From positions 54,158,430 to 54,222,429 of the forward strand of contig NC_090399.1 of NCBI RefSeq assembly GCF_036365525.1: a DNA stretch of 64,000 nucleotides, given 5' to 3'. The notes below the pieces were generated by a model, which was not told the origin of the DNA, ran no database searches, and saw only the letters and a list, made by a program, of their open reading frames with translations. This document shows, one piece after another, positions 46,978-59,541 of this stretch. Made by a program: the position numbers and the translations under genes. The DNA is from Heterodontus francisci (lineage: Eukaryota). Each line of letters opens with the position of its first letter. The first letter of the stretch is position 1.

Positions 46978-47862
46978 ATGTTGTCCAATCTCACACACGA
47001 TCAGCGCATTCACACAGTGGAGAGAGCATTCAGGTGTGAGGTGTGTGACAGGGCATTCACACACCCATCGACATTACTGATACACAAGCGGATACACACA
47101 GGGGAGAGGCCCTTCAGGTGTGAGGTTTGTGCCAAGGCCTTCATGCAGTCATCGACCCTCCTTCGCCATCAAAGGATCCACACAGGGGAGAGACCTTTCA
47201 GGTGTGAGGTGTGTGACAAAGCTTTTCTGAAATCGTCCACCCTCCTGATACACCAGCGGATCCATACAGGGGAGAGACCCTTCAAGTGCGAAGTTTGTGG
47301 CAAGGCCTTCACAGAGTCATCCACCCTACTTCTCCATCACATGATCCACACAGGGGAGAAACCCTTCAACTGTGAGGTTTGCCGGAAAGCCTTCACATAT
47401 TCCTCAAGCTTGCTGCAGCATCAGAGGATTCACACGGGAGAGAAACCCTTCACGTGTGAGGTGTGTGATAAAGTCTTTACGCACCCATGCCGCCTCCTCC
47501 AACACCAGAGGATTCATACGGGAGAGAAACCCTTCAGGTGTGAGATGTGTGATAAAGCTTTCACACGCTCATCGAACCTCCTGGCTCACTTCAGGACCCA
47601 CACAAGGGTGAAACCCTCCCGCTGTGAGTTTTGTAAGAAAACCTTCCTGCATTTGTCAGACCTGGTGGAACATCAGCGAACCCACACAGGGGAGACCCCA
47701 TTCAGGTGTGAGTTCTGCAACAAAGCTTTCAAACAGTTGCCTGATCTCCTGGAACATCAACGTACTCACACGGGAGACAAACCCTTCCAGTGTGACGTGT
47801 GCCAGGAATGTTTCACCTACTCCTCCTCTCTAGAGCTTCACCAGAGTCTCCACACGGGATAG
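46978..47862 (+). CDS. C2H2 zinc-finger protein, paralogue 3; 10 intact fingers, 294 aa from the first in-frame ATG
   Basis: The frame is open from 46801 to 47862, and the ATG is homologous to those of genes 1 and 2. Confidence 0.85.
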   Translation: MLSNLTHDQRIHTVERAFRCEVCDRAFTHPSTLLIHKRIHTGERPFRCEVCAKAFMQSSTLLRHQRIHTGERPFRCEVCDKAFLKSSTLLIHQRIHTGERPFKCEVCGKAFTESSTLLLHHMIHTGEKPFNCEVCRKAFTYSSSLLQHQRIHTGEKPFTCEVCDKVFTHPCRLLQHQRIHTGEKPFRCEMCDKAFTRSSNLLAHFRTHTRVKPSRCEFCKKTFLHLSDLVEHQRTHTGETPFRCEFCNKAFKQLPDLLEHQRTHTGDKPFQCDVCQECFTYSSSLELHQSLHTG

Positions 47863-48309
47863 AAACCCTCCCAGATTGACATGTACCAGTGCAGTTTCAC
47901 CATCTCCTCCTCCTCCTCCCTTCCAGTATGATCACTGCAAGAACTGCTTCACTGACATAGCCACATCGGCTTGGAGCAAACTCAAGTCCTCCAGCATTGT
48001 GATGGTCTTCAGAGCTGTCTCCAGGCTGCCTTGTCCCCCTGCAGCTGAGCAGCTGTTTCATTGTGGTACCTGTTCCAGAATTTGCAGCAATATCACCAAG
48101 CTTACCCAGTCTCACTGTATGCAGACCCGTGAGAAAGTGTAGGGGGGCAATGGACCAATCTGATTCCATTTGAATGCAGTGGATGTGAGCTTCATCTGTG
48201 TTTGGTTATAAAATATTTCTGAATTTGTAGCTGGACCAGAGCACTGGGATTTCAAATCGAGCAATGGCCTGCTGTGTCTGACAGAATGCACTGATATTAG
48301 AGACAATCA

Positions 48310-48770
48310 CTGAACTAATCAGCCTGCTTGATTGGCATCTCATCCAGCAGTTTAAACATTTACTCCCTTCACCACCGGTACACATTGGCAGCAGTGTGTA
48401 GCATATACAAGATGCACTGCAGCATCTTGCCAGGGCTCCTTCAACAGCTCCTTTAACAGCACCTTCAACACCCGCGATCTCTACCGCTTCGAAGGACAAA
48501 GGCTGCAGGGACATGGGAACACCACCACCTGCACGTTTCCCTCCAAGCCTCTCATTATGCTGATTTGGAACTACATCGCCGTTCCTTCACTGTCACTTGA
48601 TCAAAGTCCTGGAACTCACTTCCTAACAGCATTGTGGGTGTTTCTACACGACAGGGGCTGCAGCAGTTCAAGAAGGTGGCTCATTGCCGCCTTCGCAAGG
48701 GGAATTAGGGATGGGCAATCAAAGCTGGCCTAGCGAGCGACGCCCACATCCCTTGAATGAATAAAAAAAT
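48310..48770 (+). mobile_element. Non-LTR retrotransposon 3' fragment in the 3' UTR of gene 3
   Basis: Same family as 62752-63245 (SLHHQRTVAVVCTIYKMHC motif). It ends in aataaaaaaa. Confidence 0.65.
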
Positions 48771-49849
48771 TAATTTGAAATAGTCTTTAAGCACTGATAG
48801 AATGCCTGGATTTGGTTGTGGTACAGCACGTTAAGTGTGCCACTGTGGTCTAGGATCTGTTGTCTCTGAACATGGTATGGAGTTTATGTATAGGAGAATA
48901 GTATGTATGGCTGATCACTCAAAGCGATCTTTTCTAAGTTTCTGACTGTGGTGACTTTGAGATTTACTTGTACTGGCTAACCCATCAGGGAAGATAGATC
49001 TGGGAAAATAATCAGCTCAGGATTACTACCTGTGATATAACAGGTGTACTTTGATTAAGAAGAAGGGTGTTCTTCAAAAATCCTAACTTCAACACAAATG
49101 AACATCTGACCAGGGAAACAGCTCCAGTCTCCTGAGATTACTAATTCCAGACTTTAATATAAGGGTGAGGGTGAACTCCAGTCAGCTCCATTAATCTTGT
49201 TACAATTATCCAGGATTCAGTTAAAGGACTCCAAGAATGTTGAAACATTTGTTATTTTGGTTTCAAAAAATACTTCTCAGTATTGGTACAAAATAAATAC
49301 AGCATTGTTCATCTGATGATTGACCTTGCTTCTGTATAGCTGTACATTCCTGCAATAAATCTCTCTTATTATCCTGAGCCTACACTATATACTCAATTAG
49401 CCTGGTGTTTTCCCACCTATGGAAATGATTAGAAATGTCTGATTGGTATCCCTGTGTGTTTGATTAAAACAATTTGATGAAGTGTATTTGTTCCCAGTGA
49501 GTGTGCTTGTCCACTCTGTCCACTGGTGAGATCTCTGTTTCTCTCAGTGGGAGGTGTGGACTTGCCAATGGGAGCTGTTTAGTTTTCATGAGGAAGCTCA
49601 GGTAAGGGCAATGGTTGCAGGTTATGAGGCCCAAACTGCCTTGAGTCGCAGGTGATCAGCTTTTCTGAATGATCAGGTTATTCGTGATGAATGCATTTTT
49701 TTGGGGCACTGAAACACTGATTAACTGTCCCAATTTTCTGATGACTTTGATTTGACACCAGTCTTTTTATCTCCAGCACACACACACTGCCCAGGTCCTG
49801 ACAGGAAATGGGTTCCCTTTAACACTTTCTCAGGTTGATACCAGATCAC

Positions 49850-50085
49850 CAACAACAACAACTTGTATTTATGTAGCGCCTTAGACAGAATAAAATATTC
49901 CAAGGTGCTTCACAGGAGTATTATCAAATAAAAATTGAAACCAAGTCACATAGGGGGATATTCGGATCGGTGACCAAAGGTTTGGTCAAAAAGAATTAGG
50001 TTTAATGGAATAGAGGGAGGGTTGGGAGAGGTTTAGGGAGGGAATTCCAGAGTTTAGGATCTCGGCAGCTGAAGACACAGCCACC
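49850..50085 (-). mobile_element. L2-clade LINE 3' fragment
   Basis: Paralogous to 10653-11130 and cut short by the 34-bp minisatellite. Confidence 0.65.
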
Positions 50086-50723
50086 CAGGATTCCTCCCAT
50101 TTCCCCTACATTTTAACCCTGGATTCCCTTCCACGTCCCCTGTAATTTAACCCTGGATTCCCTTCCATTTCCCTATAATTTAACCCGGGATTCCATTCCG
50201 TTTCCCCTATAATTTAACCCGGGATTCCATTCCGTTTCCCCTATAATTTAACCCGGGATTCCATTCCGTTTCCCCTATAATTTAACCCGGGATTCCATTC
50301 CGTTTCCCCTATAATTTAACCCTGGATTCCCTTCCGTTTCTCCTATAACTTAACCCTGGATTCCCTTCCGTTTCTCCTATAATTTAACCCGCGATTCCCT
50401 TCCATTTCTCCTATAATTTAACCCGCGATTCCCTTCCATTTCTCCTATAATTTAACCCGCAATTCCCTTCCATTTCTCCTATAATTTAACCCTGGATTCC
50501 CTTCCATTTCCCCTATAATTTCACCCGGGATTCCCTTCCATTTCCCCTATAATTTCACCCAGGATTCCCTTCCATTTCTCCTATAATTTAACCGGGATTC
50601 CTTCCATTTCTCCTATAATTTCACCCGGGTTCCTCCTATTTCCCTGATAATCTAACCCCTAACTTGCTTCCAAGTCCCCAATAATTTGACCCTAGGTTCT
50701 TGCCATTTCCCCTTGAATTAACC
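50084..50723 (+). repeat. 34-bp minisatellite (~18 copies)
   Basis: Unit GGGATTCCMTTCCRTTTCYCCTATAATTTAACCC, degenerate at both ends. Confidence 0.92.
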
Positions 50724-50840
50724 AGAGATTCCTTTAGCCATGTGGGAGTGGAGGCCTGGATTTGTACAGTTCCTCTGAGGGAATGCTGTCCTCTGGAGGG
50801 GCAGCATTGAGGGAGTGTTACTTTGTTGGAGGGGCAGTAC

Positions 50841-51835
50841 ATAGGAACAGGAATCGGCCATTTAGCCCCTCGAGCATGTTCCACCATTCAGTGAGATCAT
50901 GGCGGATCTGTGATCTAACTCCATATACTTGACCTTTCCACATCTCCCTTAATACCTTTGGTTAACAAAAACCTATCAATCCCAGATTTAAAATTAACAA
51001 TGACCGGGCATCAATTGTCATTTGTGGAAGATAGTTCCAAATTTCTCACACCCTTAGTGTGTAGAAGAGTTTCCTAACTTCACTCCGGAAAGCTCTGGCT
51101 CTAATATTTAGACTATGCCCTCTAGCCCGTGACTCCCTAAGCAGTGGAAATAATTTATCTCTGTTCACCCTATCTGTTCCCTTAAAATATTCAAAACCTA
51201 GATTAAATCACTCCCCAATCTTCTAAAATCCAGTTTGTTTAATCTTGCCTCATAATTTAACCCTTGCAATCCAAGTATCATGCTGGTAAATCTACGCTGC
51301 ACTCCCTCCAAGACCAATATATCCTTTCTAACGTGTGGCACCCAGAACTGCTCACAGTAACTCCAGGAGTGGTCTAACCAGGGTTTTATATAGCTGAAGC
51401 ATGACTTTTACCGCTTGTATTCTTTTCCTCTCCATATCAAGGCCAGCATTCCATTAGGTTCTTTCATTCGTTTTTCTATCTCTTCATGACATTTTAATGA
51501 TCTATGTATCTGGAACCCCAGATCTCTTTGGACCCCTACGCTGCCTTCATCCCCCATTTCTAGCTTTTTACCATTTAGAAAATAGCCTGTTCTATCCTTT
51601 ATAAGTCCAAGGTGGATGACCTCACATTGATCTACATTGAAATCCATTTGCCAGAGTTTTGTCCATCCACTTTATCCATCAACATTTCTTTATAATTTTA
51701 TGTTTCCATGTATAATGCTTACAATGCTGCCTATCTTTGTGTCATTAGCAAAGTTGAAAATGTATCTTTCTATCCTAACATGTAACTCATGAATAAATAT
51801 GAATTGTTGAGTCCCCCAAAACAGATGCTTGTCAC
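50841..51835 (-). mobile_element. CR1 LINE 3' fragment
   Basis: Minus-strand ORF MDFNVDQCEVIHLG...QRDLGFQIHRSLK. Confidence 0.75.
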
Positions 51836-52044
51836 ATCACTACTGAGGGAGCCCTGCACTGTTGGAGTGGTGGCATTGGAGTGCTGCACTGTTGGAGGTC
51901 TGATACGGAGGGAGTGCTGCACTGTTGGAGTGGTGGCATTGATGGAGTGCTGCACTGTCGGACAGATAGCTGTGAAGGAGTGACGCACTGTCGTAGGGTC
52001 AGTAGTGAGGGAGTGCAACATTGTCGGAGATCAGTAGTGAGGGA

Positions 52045-52316
52045 GTTATGGCCAGATGAGGAGGGGGTCTCAGGCTCCCCTTTTGCCCCTTCTCTGGTTT
52101 GACTGCAACCGGGTCTAAACTTTTTTAGTCCAGTGATTGAACTTACCACCTCAGTGAGCGCTTGCTCCTGTTTTCTAATATAATTGCCAAAGACCTAATC
52201 AGACAGGTTTTCTTGACTTTAAACTAGACAGATAAAAGTTTATTATTCTTAATACTCTAAACCAGTTAAAATTACTAAAAATATGCTACGCATTCACATA
52301 CTCATTCACACGAGAG

Positions 52317-52365
<49 letters not shown>

Positions 52366-53102
52366 TTACAGAGGGAAAACAGAGTTGGGTGGTTGGAGTA
52401 GAGTCCAGAATAAACAGCATTTAAATACTGAATATCAGTCCCAGAGTTCTCAGTTGCAAGTGTAGTCCTGAAGTTCCTGTTGGGCCACGTGCACAGTTGC
52501 AGGCTTGCTTCTCAGTTTCCAGAAGGCAGAAGAGGGCGTTTGATCTTTGTTCCCTATGTGTTGTTGGTGGTCTGTAGGCTGGAGGCTTTACCAGTTGCAG
52601 CCAGGGCTTCTCTGGATCATTACAGGAGAGAGAGAGAGAGATTTGCTCTTTGGATGGCTTCTCAGTTACTGTTCTTTCCTTTCTATCTGAAAAAGCATAC
52701 GATCTCTTCAGAGCTGCCCAAGCAGTCACATGACATTACCAAACCCCTTTGAGTTTTAATGAGGTCCTTCCAGAAGCTTCTCTGATATTTAAGGCTCTAC
52801 TCCTCAAATTGTCCAGTCACACTTGGCGGGGGTTGGCTGTTTCAAAGTCAATGGGTGTCGAAGGTCCTTGAAGACTGTACTGATTACCCATTTCAGGTAG
52901 TTTAATCATTGTTCTGGCTAAGTTGAATCAGTCACGTCTCCAGTCTACTCTGTTGGTGTTTCATATATAAATTGAGGTGGCCATCTTGGCTGCCAGCTTT
53001 TCTTTTTAAAAGTTATTTGTAAGAATTTCCAGTAAGAGTCTCAGACAAGGTTCCAACTGACAAAATTAATATCTCCCATTTGGCATGTAGGGTTTTCATG
53101 AC
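52045..53102 (-). mobile_element. Probable solo LTR (~1.06 kb) inserted in the minisatellite
   Basis: It interrupts gagggag|tgctgcactg. The minus strand begins GTCATG and contains aagatggcc, like the LTR at 12095. Confidence 0.6.
52318..52363 (+). repeat. (CA)n microsatellite
   Basis: About 23 CA units. Confidence 0.95.
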
Positions 53103-53506
53103 TGCTGCACTGTCAGAGAGTCAGTAATGAGGGAGTGCTGCATTGTTGGAGGGTCAGTACTTATAGAATGCTGCACTGTTGGTGGGCCAATACTGAGGGA
53201 ATATTGCATTGTCAACAGGTCAGTACTGAGGGAGTGCTGCAATGTCGGAGGGACAGTACTGAGGCAGCGTTGCACTGTCGGAGGGTCAATACTGATGGAG
53301 CACCATACTGTGGGATGGTCAGTGCTGAGGGAGTGCAGCACTGTCAGAGGGTCAGTGCTGAGGGAGTGCAGCACTGTCAGAGGGTCAGTACTGAGGGAGT
53401 GCTGCACTGTCGGAGGGTTGGTACTGAGTTGGAGGTTCGGTGCTGAGGGAGTGCTGCACTGTCGGAGGGGCTGTGAAGTGCTTTGCAACATCCTGAATAT
53501 ATGAAA

Positions 53507-55137
53507 TAAAAACAGAAAATGATAGAAATACTCAGCAGGTCCAGCAGCATCTATGGAGAGAGAAGCAGAGTTAACGTTTCAGGTTTGTGACCTTTCATCA
53601 GAACTGGCAAAGATTAGAAATATATTAGATTTTAAGAAGTGAAGGTGGGGAGGTGGGTGATGGGGAAACGGGCATGGGACAAAGGCAAATGTAGTGTTAA
53701 TGGTACTGGTGAAAGATAAAGCATTAGTCCAGAGAGAGCTTTAATGGCAGAATAATAAGCAGCTCTGCCCAAAAGCACAACATGAAAAACCAAGTTTAAG
53801 GGACATGGTAACAAAATAAAATAACAATAAAAAAGTAAAACATTAAAAACAGTCCAGTCATGCTCTGAAATTGCTGAACTCAATATTGAGTCCAGAAGAC
53901 TGCAGAGTGCCTAACTGAAACCTGAGGTGCTGCTCCTTGAGTTTGCATTGATGTTCACTGTAACACGACAGCAGGCCAAGGACAGAGATGTGAGCATGAG
54001 AGCAGGGGGGATGTGTTGAAATGGCAAGCAACCAGAAGCTCGGGTCGTGCTTACAGACTGAGCAGAGATGTTCGCAAAGCAGTCTCCCAATTTGTGTTTG
54101 GTCTCCCCAATGTAGAGGAGACCACATTGTGAGCAGCGAATACAATATACTAAATTGAAATAAGTACAAGTAAATCGCTGCTTCACATGGAAAGAGTGTT
54201 TGGGGCCTTGGATGATGAGGCAGAGGAGGTAAAGGGCAGGTATTACACCTCCTGCGATTACATGGGAAGATGCCGTGGAAAGGGGATGAGGTGTTGGGGT
54301 GATGGAGGAGTGGACCAGGGTGTTGCGGAGGGAATGATCCCTTTGGAATGCTGACAGAGTAGGGAAAGGGAAGATGTGTTTGGTGGTGGCATCACGCTGG
54401 AAGTGGCGGAAATGGCGGAAGATGATCCTTTGGATGTAGAGGCTGGTAGGGTGGAAAGTGAGGACAATCGGAACCTTGTCACGGTTCTGGGAGGGAAGGG
54501 AAGAGATGAGGACTGAAGTGCAGGAAATGGGTTGGACACGGTTGAGGGCCCTGTCAACTACAGTGTGGGGGAATCCTCAGTTGAGGAAAAAGGAATAAAT
54601 GTCAGAAACACTGTTGTGGAAGGATGCTTCATCAGAGCAGATGTGCAGAGATGGAGAAACTGGGAGAATGGAATGGAGTCCTTACAGGAGGCAGGGTGTG
54701 AGGAAGTGTAGTTAAGGTAGCTGTGGGAGTCAGTGGGCTTATAATGAATATTAGTGGACAGCCTATACCCAGAGATGGAGACAGAGAAGTCAAGGAAGGG
54801 AAGTGTCGGAGATGGGCCATGTAAAGGTGGGAGAAGGGTGGAAATTTAGAAGCAAAGTTGATGAAGTTTTCTAGTTCGGGGCAGGAGCAGGAAACGGCAT
54901 TGATACAGTCATCAATGTACCAGAAAAAGAGTTGGGGGAGAGGGCCTAAGTAGGACTGGAACATGGAATGTTCCAAATACCCCACAAAATGATAGGCATA
55001 ACTGGGACCCATGCGGGTAGCCAAAGCAACAATTTTTATTTGAAGGAAGTGAGTGGAGTTGAAGAAGTAGTTCAATGTAAGAACTAGTGCAGCCAGGCAG
55101 AGGAGGGTGGTGGTGGACTGGAATTGGTTGGGGCCAA
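53507..55137 (-). mobile_element. 5'-truncated Penelope-like retroelement (RT and GIY-YIG, frameshifted) inserted in the gene 4 promoter
   Basis: RT motifs MGPSYA...FFWYIDD at 54632-55075, and GIY-YIG FTCTYFNLVYCIRCSQCGLLYIGETK at 53911-54186. TSD ATATGAAA lies at 53499-53506 and 55138-55145. The site is empty in units 2 and 3. Confidence 0.88.
53569..53605 (-). ncRNA. Minimal type I hammerhead ribozyme motif
   Basis: The minus strand reads AGTT-CTGATGA-A-AGGT-cacaa-ACCT-GAAA-CGTT-AACT. The core and stems I and II are intact, with palindromic AACGTT in place of stem III. Confidence 0.7.
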
Positions 55138-55145
55138 ATATGAAA

Positions 55146-55425
55146 GTTCTTGCTCTTTCCCTCCTTTATTTCTGTTCACTGATTCATTGACTGGATTGAA
55201 TTTTCACAAAATTCAAAGCATGAATAGGAAGTCCCGCCCTATCATCTCTATTTGGCTGAGCAGTGTTTGCAAGAAAGGAATGGATGGGTTTGCAGTGTGT
55301 TTGAGGCACTGATTGGCTGCAAGAAAAGCTAATCTGCGAATCCAACCAATCATCTCTTTTCCTGCTCTTCCCCTTCAGCAGCTGGTTCACTTCCTGACAG
55401 AGACTGAAAACCAAGTGAGGAGACG
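55146..55425 (+). promoter_or_regulatory. Putative promoter and non-coding exon 1 of gene 4
   Basis: CCCGCCC, ATTGG and CCAATC boxes, CACTTCCTG and a GACG|GTGAGT donor. Confidence 0.65.
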
Positions 55426-55570
55426 GTGAGTAACGGAGCAGAGTTTGTACAGATTGTATCCCATAATATCCACACTAATGTTCAGGTCTGAACATCCAGT
55501 GAGTGACGGAGCAGAGTTTGTACAGATTGTATCCCATAATATCCACACTAATGTTCAGGACTGAATATCA
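55426..55570 (+). repeat. 73-bp unit, 2 copies
   Basis: Same unit, starting at the donor GT. Confidence 0.9.
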
Positions 55571-56359
55571 TTTTGTTGTGATTTTATTCAGATTTGTCTG
55601 ATTGAATTATTTAAGATTTGTCAGTGTTTGCGTTTTTAGCAAAAGCAGCCTATTTCAAATGCTGCTTTTTCACGCTGTATTAAGATGCTGTCGAGCTTTG
55701 ACAGAGTGCGAGAGCAAGAGGGAAGCCTGTGTGGCAAGGCCGTATGTGGAGTGGGGTAAAAGACAGAAAGTTAGGGATAGAGCAGGGACCCGTGGGGATA
55801 GAGGGCAGTGAGGGAGCTGAGGCCCCAGGGGGTGGATTGCTTGTGGGTTTCGGGTGTGGGGGTGTGGTTGAGCTGTGCGGGACAGGGGTGGGCGAGAGCA
55901 TGGATCCAGAGAGTACAATCACAAGCAAGGACCCGGGGAGCTGGGGGAAGAGAGGGAGCCCGTGTGGTTGGGGCGGGGGGATAGAGAGAGGGCAGAGACC
56001 CCAGAGGACTGGGGATCAGGGGGAGTGAGAGATATAGATCAGGGACCCAGGGGATTGGGGCCAGAAGAGACACAAAGTGAGAGAACAGGGATCCGGTGTG
56101 GGGCGGGTGGGGGTTAGTGTGTGGAGAGAGACAGACAGAGAGTGAGAGAGAGAGGGAGAGCAAGAGAGAGAACAAGGACCCGGGAAAGAGAGAGCAGGGT
56201 CCTGGGGGAAGACAGAGAGAGCAGGAGAGGAAAGGAGAGCAGGAGAGAGTTGAGATCAGAGCTCCAGAGGGAGAAAGAGAAGAGGGATCTGAGGGAGGGG
56301 GAGAGAGTGAGTGGAGAGTACACAGATGGTACAGCTTGATGTTCGTAGTATTGCGATAA

Positions 56360-56900
56360 TCTCGTTCAAGCCAATTCTGACACCACACGAGAGGAAAGAT
56401 GTGAAGGCATTAGAGAGAATGCAGAAAAGATTTACCAGATTGGTTCCAGGGATGAGGGACTTCAGTTACATGGATAGACTGGAGAAGTTGTTCCCACAGG
56501 GAAGAGAAGGTAGAGAGGAGATTTGGTAGAGATGTTCAAAATCATGAGGAGTCCAGACAGAGTAGATAGAGAGAAACTGTTCTCGTTGGTGGAAAGGTCG
56601 AGAACCAGAGGACATTGATTTAAGGTGATTGGCAAAAGAAGCAACTTGGACATGAAGAAATACGTTTTTTCGCAGCAAGGGGTTTAGGATCTGGAATTCA
56701 CTGCCTGAGAGTGTGGTGAAGGCAGATTCAATCATGGCTTTCAAAACGGAACTGGATAATTATCTGAAGAGAAAAAAATTGCAGGGCTACAGGGAAAGGG
56801 TGGTGAAGTGGGACTGGGTGAGAAGCTCTTGCAGAGAGCTGACACAGACACGACGGGTCGAATGGCCTCTTTCTGTGCTGAAACTTCTGTGATTCTATGA
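56360..56900 (+). mobile_element. CR1 LINE 3' fragment
   Basis: PHERKDVKALERMQKRFTRLVPGMR motif. Confidence 0.75.
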
Positions 56901-57032
56901 TTCACATTGAAGATATCCAGTTACAGGAGGCAGGACTCACAGTGATGCTGGAGAAATGTCACCAGATGCTGTGTGTCGGGGATAATGTGGGTGTGGATAC
57001 TTGGAGATGCTCTGGGGCTAAAGAGGGCCTCC

Positions 57033-57405
57033 CTCAACAACAACCTGTATTTTTATAGCACCTTTATCATCGTAAAATAGCCCAAGGCACTTTACAAGAA
57101 TGTTGTCAAACAAACCACAACAGCAGTCCATAAAAGGAGATATTTGGACAGATGACCAAAGGCTTGGTCAAAGAGATGGATTTTAAGAAGCCTCTTAAAG
57201 GAGGAGAGAGAGGTGAAGAGGTTCAGACAGGAAATTCCAGAGTTTACAGCCCAGACAGTTGAAGGCACGGCCACCAATGGTAGAGTTATTACAATCGGGG
57301 ATGCTCAAGAGGCTGGAATTAGAGGAGTGCAGATATCTCAGAGGGTGTGGGGCTGGAGGAGGTTTTAGAGATAGGGAGGGGCGAGGACATGGAGGGATTT
57401 GAAAC
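57033..57405 (-). mobile_element. L2-clade LINE 3' fragment
   Basis: Paralogue of 32503-32875, with an SSFKRLLKIHLFDQAF motif. Confidence 0.7.
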
Positions 57406-57789
57406 ACGCTCAATAATCTCACTAAAACTAACAGGTGTGAGATTTCCTGGGAACAGTGGGTTATTCCTCACATACTGTTAGAACTGTGGACAAACAATAT
57501 AACTCCGATGAGTTAATGAAAGTAGAATGGTTAATAAGCAGTACTGATTGAAGACAATGTATTAAGATGTCTATTCCAGCTGGTACCTGGGTCTTTACCA
57601 CGTTTCACAGCTTCAGGAACCCAGACACAAAGACAACACTGACACCTGCAGCTCTTACTAGTTACCACTTTAAATCAAATCAAACTTCCAGGCTGCAGCT
57701 TCGAGTGGGAAAAGCATTCTGTTCACAGCCTTGGGACTTAACCCCTTAGGAACTGAATCTAATACAACAGAAATATTATAAGTTATTGT

Positions 57790-58200
57790 CAGCCGTGGTT
57801 TAGTTAACACTCTCACCTCGGAGTCAGAAGGTTGTGGGTTTAAGGCCCATTCCAGAGATTTGAGCACTGAGGCTGACACTCCAGTGCAGTACTGAGGGTG
57901 TTAAACTGAGGCTCCCTCTGTCCACTCAGGTGGACATAAAAGATCACAGGGCACTATTTCAAAGAAGAGCAGGGGAGTTATCCCCGGGATCCTGGTCAAT
58001 ATCTATCCCTCAATCAACATCACAAAAACAGAATAGCTGGTCATTATCACATTGCTGTTTGTGGGATCTTGCTGTGTACAAATTGACTGCTGCATTTCCG
58101 ACATTATAACAGTGACTGCACTTCGAACGTACTTCATTGGCTTTAAAGTGTTTTGGGACATCTGGTGGTCATGAAAGACGTTATATAAATGCAAGTTCTT
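57790..58200 (+). mobile_element. Deu-domain SINE (SacSINE1-like)
   Basis: Paralogue of 33260-33655. Confidence 0.7.
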
Positions 58201-59541
58201 TTTCAAGTCTTCAAAAAATCCAGCACAGGCAATCCAGGCAAAATCCATTGATCCACATTTACTGCCCCCACAGTTCAGTCACCTGCTGACCCTCCCTGGG
58301 CACCAGTCTCCCAGTGAGGGGTCAGCACCTTCAGAGACGGGAGAGAATCGGAGGAAAATCACTCATTATTTTATTGTGTTACAGGAGTATCTCACCGTAT
58401 TAAATCAGAGAATAGAGAGTGGATAGACACCACACCCAGCCAAGACCCGAGGAGATCCCGGACATCACCCCAGGGACAATTCCACAGAAAAAGCATCTCC
58501 AATAAATCTGATTGGTCAGGATAAGTGAAATTAACCAGTGTCCAGCGTCTAATCAAAACCAAAGCTTCCATCGGTTTGGCTGTGGGATATCAGTCAGTCC
58601 AGGAGATTGAGGGAGTGTAACGGGTGAGATTGGAAAGACGTCTCTCAGGTTCCACAAGCAGTGGTTTTCACACAGTCATTGGTGTTCCTGAAATGCTGGA
58701 ACAGCCACTCAGGTGAAAGGTCATTTACGGTGAGGGGCGTAAGGACTGCTCCGAGTGTGAGGAGGGCTTTGAGTGTTCATTATACCTTGTGAAGCATTGG
58801 CAGATCCTGACAGGTGTCTGACGTTTGCTGAGGGCTTTATATGATTGTTGAACCTCCTCATCCACAGACGGTGAGAGTGTAGACAGTCTTAGTGACACCA
58901 TTGTGTCTCCTGTAACACGAGGGCAGCTACATGGCAGAGAAAACAATTGAATGTGGACAATTTTAGGAGTCTCTGCATGTTCATCAGGCCCTGTGAATCC
59001 TCAATCCACCAACACAGAGGAGAGGTGGTTCTCGTGTGAAGTGTGTGAGAAGACCTTCATACGTCCATTGTATCATCTGAAACACCAGTGCACTCACACA
59101 GGAGAGAAACTGTTCAAGGTCGAGGTGTGTGACAAAACATTCTCTCAATCATCCCACCTCCTGGTCCATCGGAGAACACACACGGGAGAAACCCTTCACA
59201 TGTGACATTTGAAACAAAGCTTTCCCAAAGTTGTCCAATCTCTTACAACACCAGCGCATTCACACATCGGAGAGAGCGTTCAGGTGTGGGGTGGGTGTCA
59301 GTCCCTTCATCACCCATCAATGCTAATACAGCACCAACACATTCACACCGGCAAGAAGCTGCTGCAGTGTGAGGTTCACGACTAATTGTTTGTGACCTCC
59401 TTGAGCTTGCAGGTTCACCAGTGCACGTACACAGGGGAGAGGCCCTTCAGGTGTGAGGTGTGTGACAATTCCTTCACTCAGTCTTCGCATTTTCTGCAGC
59501 ACCAGCGTATCCACCAAGGGAAGAGGACGTTCAGCTGCCAG

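Larger units (their letters stand above)
51838..53476 (+). repeat. Degenerate 33-bp minisatellite upstream of gene 4, split by a solo LTR (51838-52044 and 53103-53476)
   Basis: Same unit family, ending in the same ctgtgaa.tgcttt junction. Confidence 0.85.
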
